Shown here: in pieces, positions 62,470 to 64,000 of the stretch | Layout of the letters: every line of letters starts with the position of its first letter | Position numbering within the stretch: the stretch's first letter is position 1 | DNA from: Curvularia clavata | Taxonomy: Eukaryota | Assembly: GCA_023920165.1 (NCBI GenBank) | Contig: CP089280.1 | Span: 1,178,001 to 1,242,000, forward strand | Length of the DNA: 64,000 bases | Direction of reading: 5' to 3' | Notes under the pieces: generated by a model | Seen by the model: the letters and a program-made list of their open reading frames with translations, nothing else | Told to the model about the DNA's origin: nothing | Databases searched by the model: none | Translations under genes and position numbers: made by a program

Positions 62470-64000
62470 ATGAGCACTGTTCGTTTTTCTTCTCACTCCT
62501 GCGAGGAATGTGAAAAGATTGTGATCGATGGTACTGGTCCCCCATTCGGCCAGTGTTCTTATTTTCCTCATGGCGAAGTGCAAGAACTTAGCCAAAGCTG
62601 CGATCTTTTCAAATGGGCTCTGAAATCGTCAGATGAGCCTCTATATGAATCAAACAAGTTGCGGTTTTCTATATCGGACGCTTGTGAGGATCTTAAATAT
62701 CTCAACGTGGAGTGGATGGACGAGGAGAACGAACCCGTGTCAGAATTTGCTACAAATCCGCAACTGCACATTTTCAGTGAGGAAGGTAAGTTGTTAACCG
62801 GTATGTGCTATACTCATGACTAACAAACACAGATGACCCCGCTGCTAAGTACATCAAGGCAAGACCCCTCGCACTGTCACCAGGGATATCAGATGACCCA
62901 GGATGGTGTTTGAAACTCTACAAAGATTGCTTAAAGCACAAAGCGTGTAAGGCATTCATGGAAAAGAACAGAAACAACATAGCACCTGCACGTCTTCTCG
63001 ATGTTCGATCAAATTCACAGTTGCGTTTGTACACAGTTCCTCAGGGAGAACACCCTCTCTATGCAGCACTGAGCTACTGTTGGGGCCGTTCACAGCAGCA
63101 GCAAGATACAAAGACAACGATAGCGAATGTTCGGGATCGACGTGGTGGAATCGATATACGCCAGCTACCACAATCGATAATAGATGCAGTCGAAGTGACC
63201 CGGAGACTGGAGTTGTCTTATCTTTGGGTGGATGCGCTCTGTATCCTCCAAGATCATGAAATTGACCGTAAATCGGAGATGTCAAAAATGGCAAGCATAT
63301 ATCGGGGAGCCACTATTACCATCTCAGCAGCGAGCGCTGATGATAGTACGGAAGGGTTCCTTAGGAATTACAACCCCAGGAAAGCGTATGGCAGTCTGTT
63401 TCGGCTTCCTTATCACAATAAGCATGCTGGAGGTGTGGTAAAAGGCTCGGTGTTTCTCTCTGAGCGCCCTGTTGCAGATATGTATCAAGAAAATATCGAC
63501 AGAAGAGCATGGACAATGCAGGAAGATATGCTTTCGCTCCGTCTCTTACGATTCGGTTCAGGGAAGACGACCTGGCGATGTCCAACCTATCCTAATGCCA
63601 AAAAGATTTATGGAGGAGATGTTCCAGGGGTAAACAATAAGGACCCCAATTTTTGCGTAAGTAGCCCTTACCGAATCGCCCAAGTGCGGTCAAATATCTC
63701 GGCTTTTGGCCCATGGGGTAGCCAGGAAGACTGGCTCAGAGCTATTAGAGAGTATACACTTCGAGAACTTTCGAACCCAAACGACAGACTCCCAGCTTGC
63801 GCAGCGCTTGCAGAAAATTTTGCGGCTGTGATGGACTTCACTTCATCCGACTACCTTGCAGGATTGTGGAAAAACAATATCCATATGCATCTTTTATGGC
63901 ATCGACTAGAGGGAAAAAAAGCGGAATCGATATTTAATCCCACCTGGTCCTGGGCATCTATCGACGGACCGATAGGTTTCCTGGGCTTTGCGCTATCAGA
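62470..64000 (+). CDS. HET-domain protein, 3'-truncated by the window edge; intron 62786-62832
   Basis: Spliced frame PARLLDV...YAALSYCWG...LPQSIIDAV...YLWVDALCILQD...MASIYRGA...RAWTMQE...DRLPACAALA...YLAGLW...PTWSWAS. Confidence 0.9.

Noticed and set aside
1..64000. tRNA, rRNA, snRNA, CRISPR arrays and transposase/RT genes
   Set aside because: No cloverleaf, snRNA signature, spaced direct-repeat array or TE catalytic motif was seen by eye; tRNAscan-SE or Infernal could still find something missed.

Overview
Eukaryotic, intron-rich fungal DNA from a filamentous ascomycete (Dothideomycete/Pleosporales-like by inference from GTRNGT donors, RCTRAC branch points, 45-110 nt introns and gene content). 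About 28 protein-coding genes, mostly housekeeping: Mss116-like DEAD-box helicase, ketopantoate hydroxymethyltransferase, Ubc8, mitochondrial RF1, GGT, MDP-1 phosphatase, DnaJ, Rib2-like deaminase, Stn1, PEP carboxykinase, nucleotide-sugar transporter and Mer3. Accessory-type genes include a Tri12-like MFS, a PDR ABC transporter, a BBE-like FAD oxidase, a PTH11-like receptor, two HET-domain genes, a HeLo-like N-terminal protein and several orphans. No tRNA, rRNA, CRISPR array or intact transposase was recognised. Two signals stand out. (1) UBC8 can only be reconstructed with 8-nt, 3-nt and 1-nt micro-exons, with one Met codon split A|T|G across three exons. (2) The PEPCK gene carries a self-complementary element in intron 4 and an inverted copy in its 3' flank (29/30 and 35/44 nt complementary). 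These bracket a 1010-nt exon that ends at an optional terminal intron switching the C-terminus between GPHIV* and [10 protein letters not shown]. All gene models and family calls were made by eye, without database searches.
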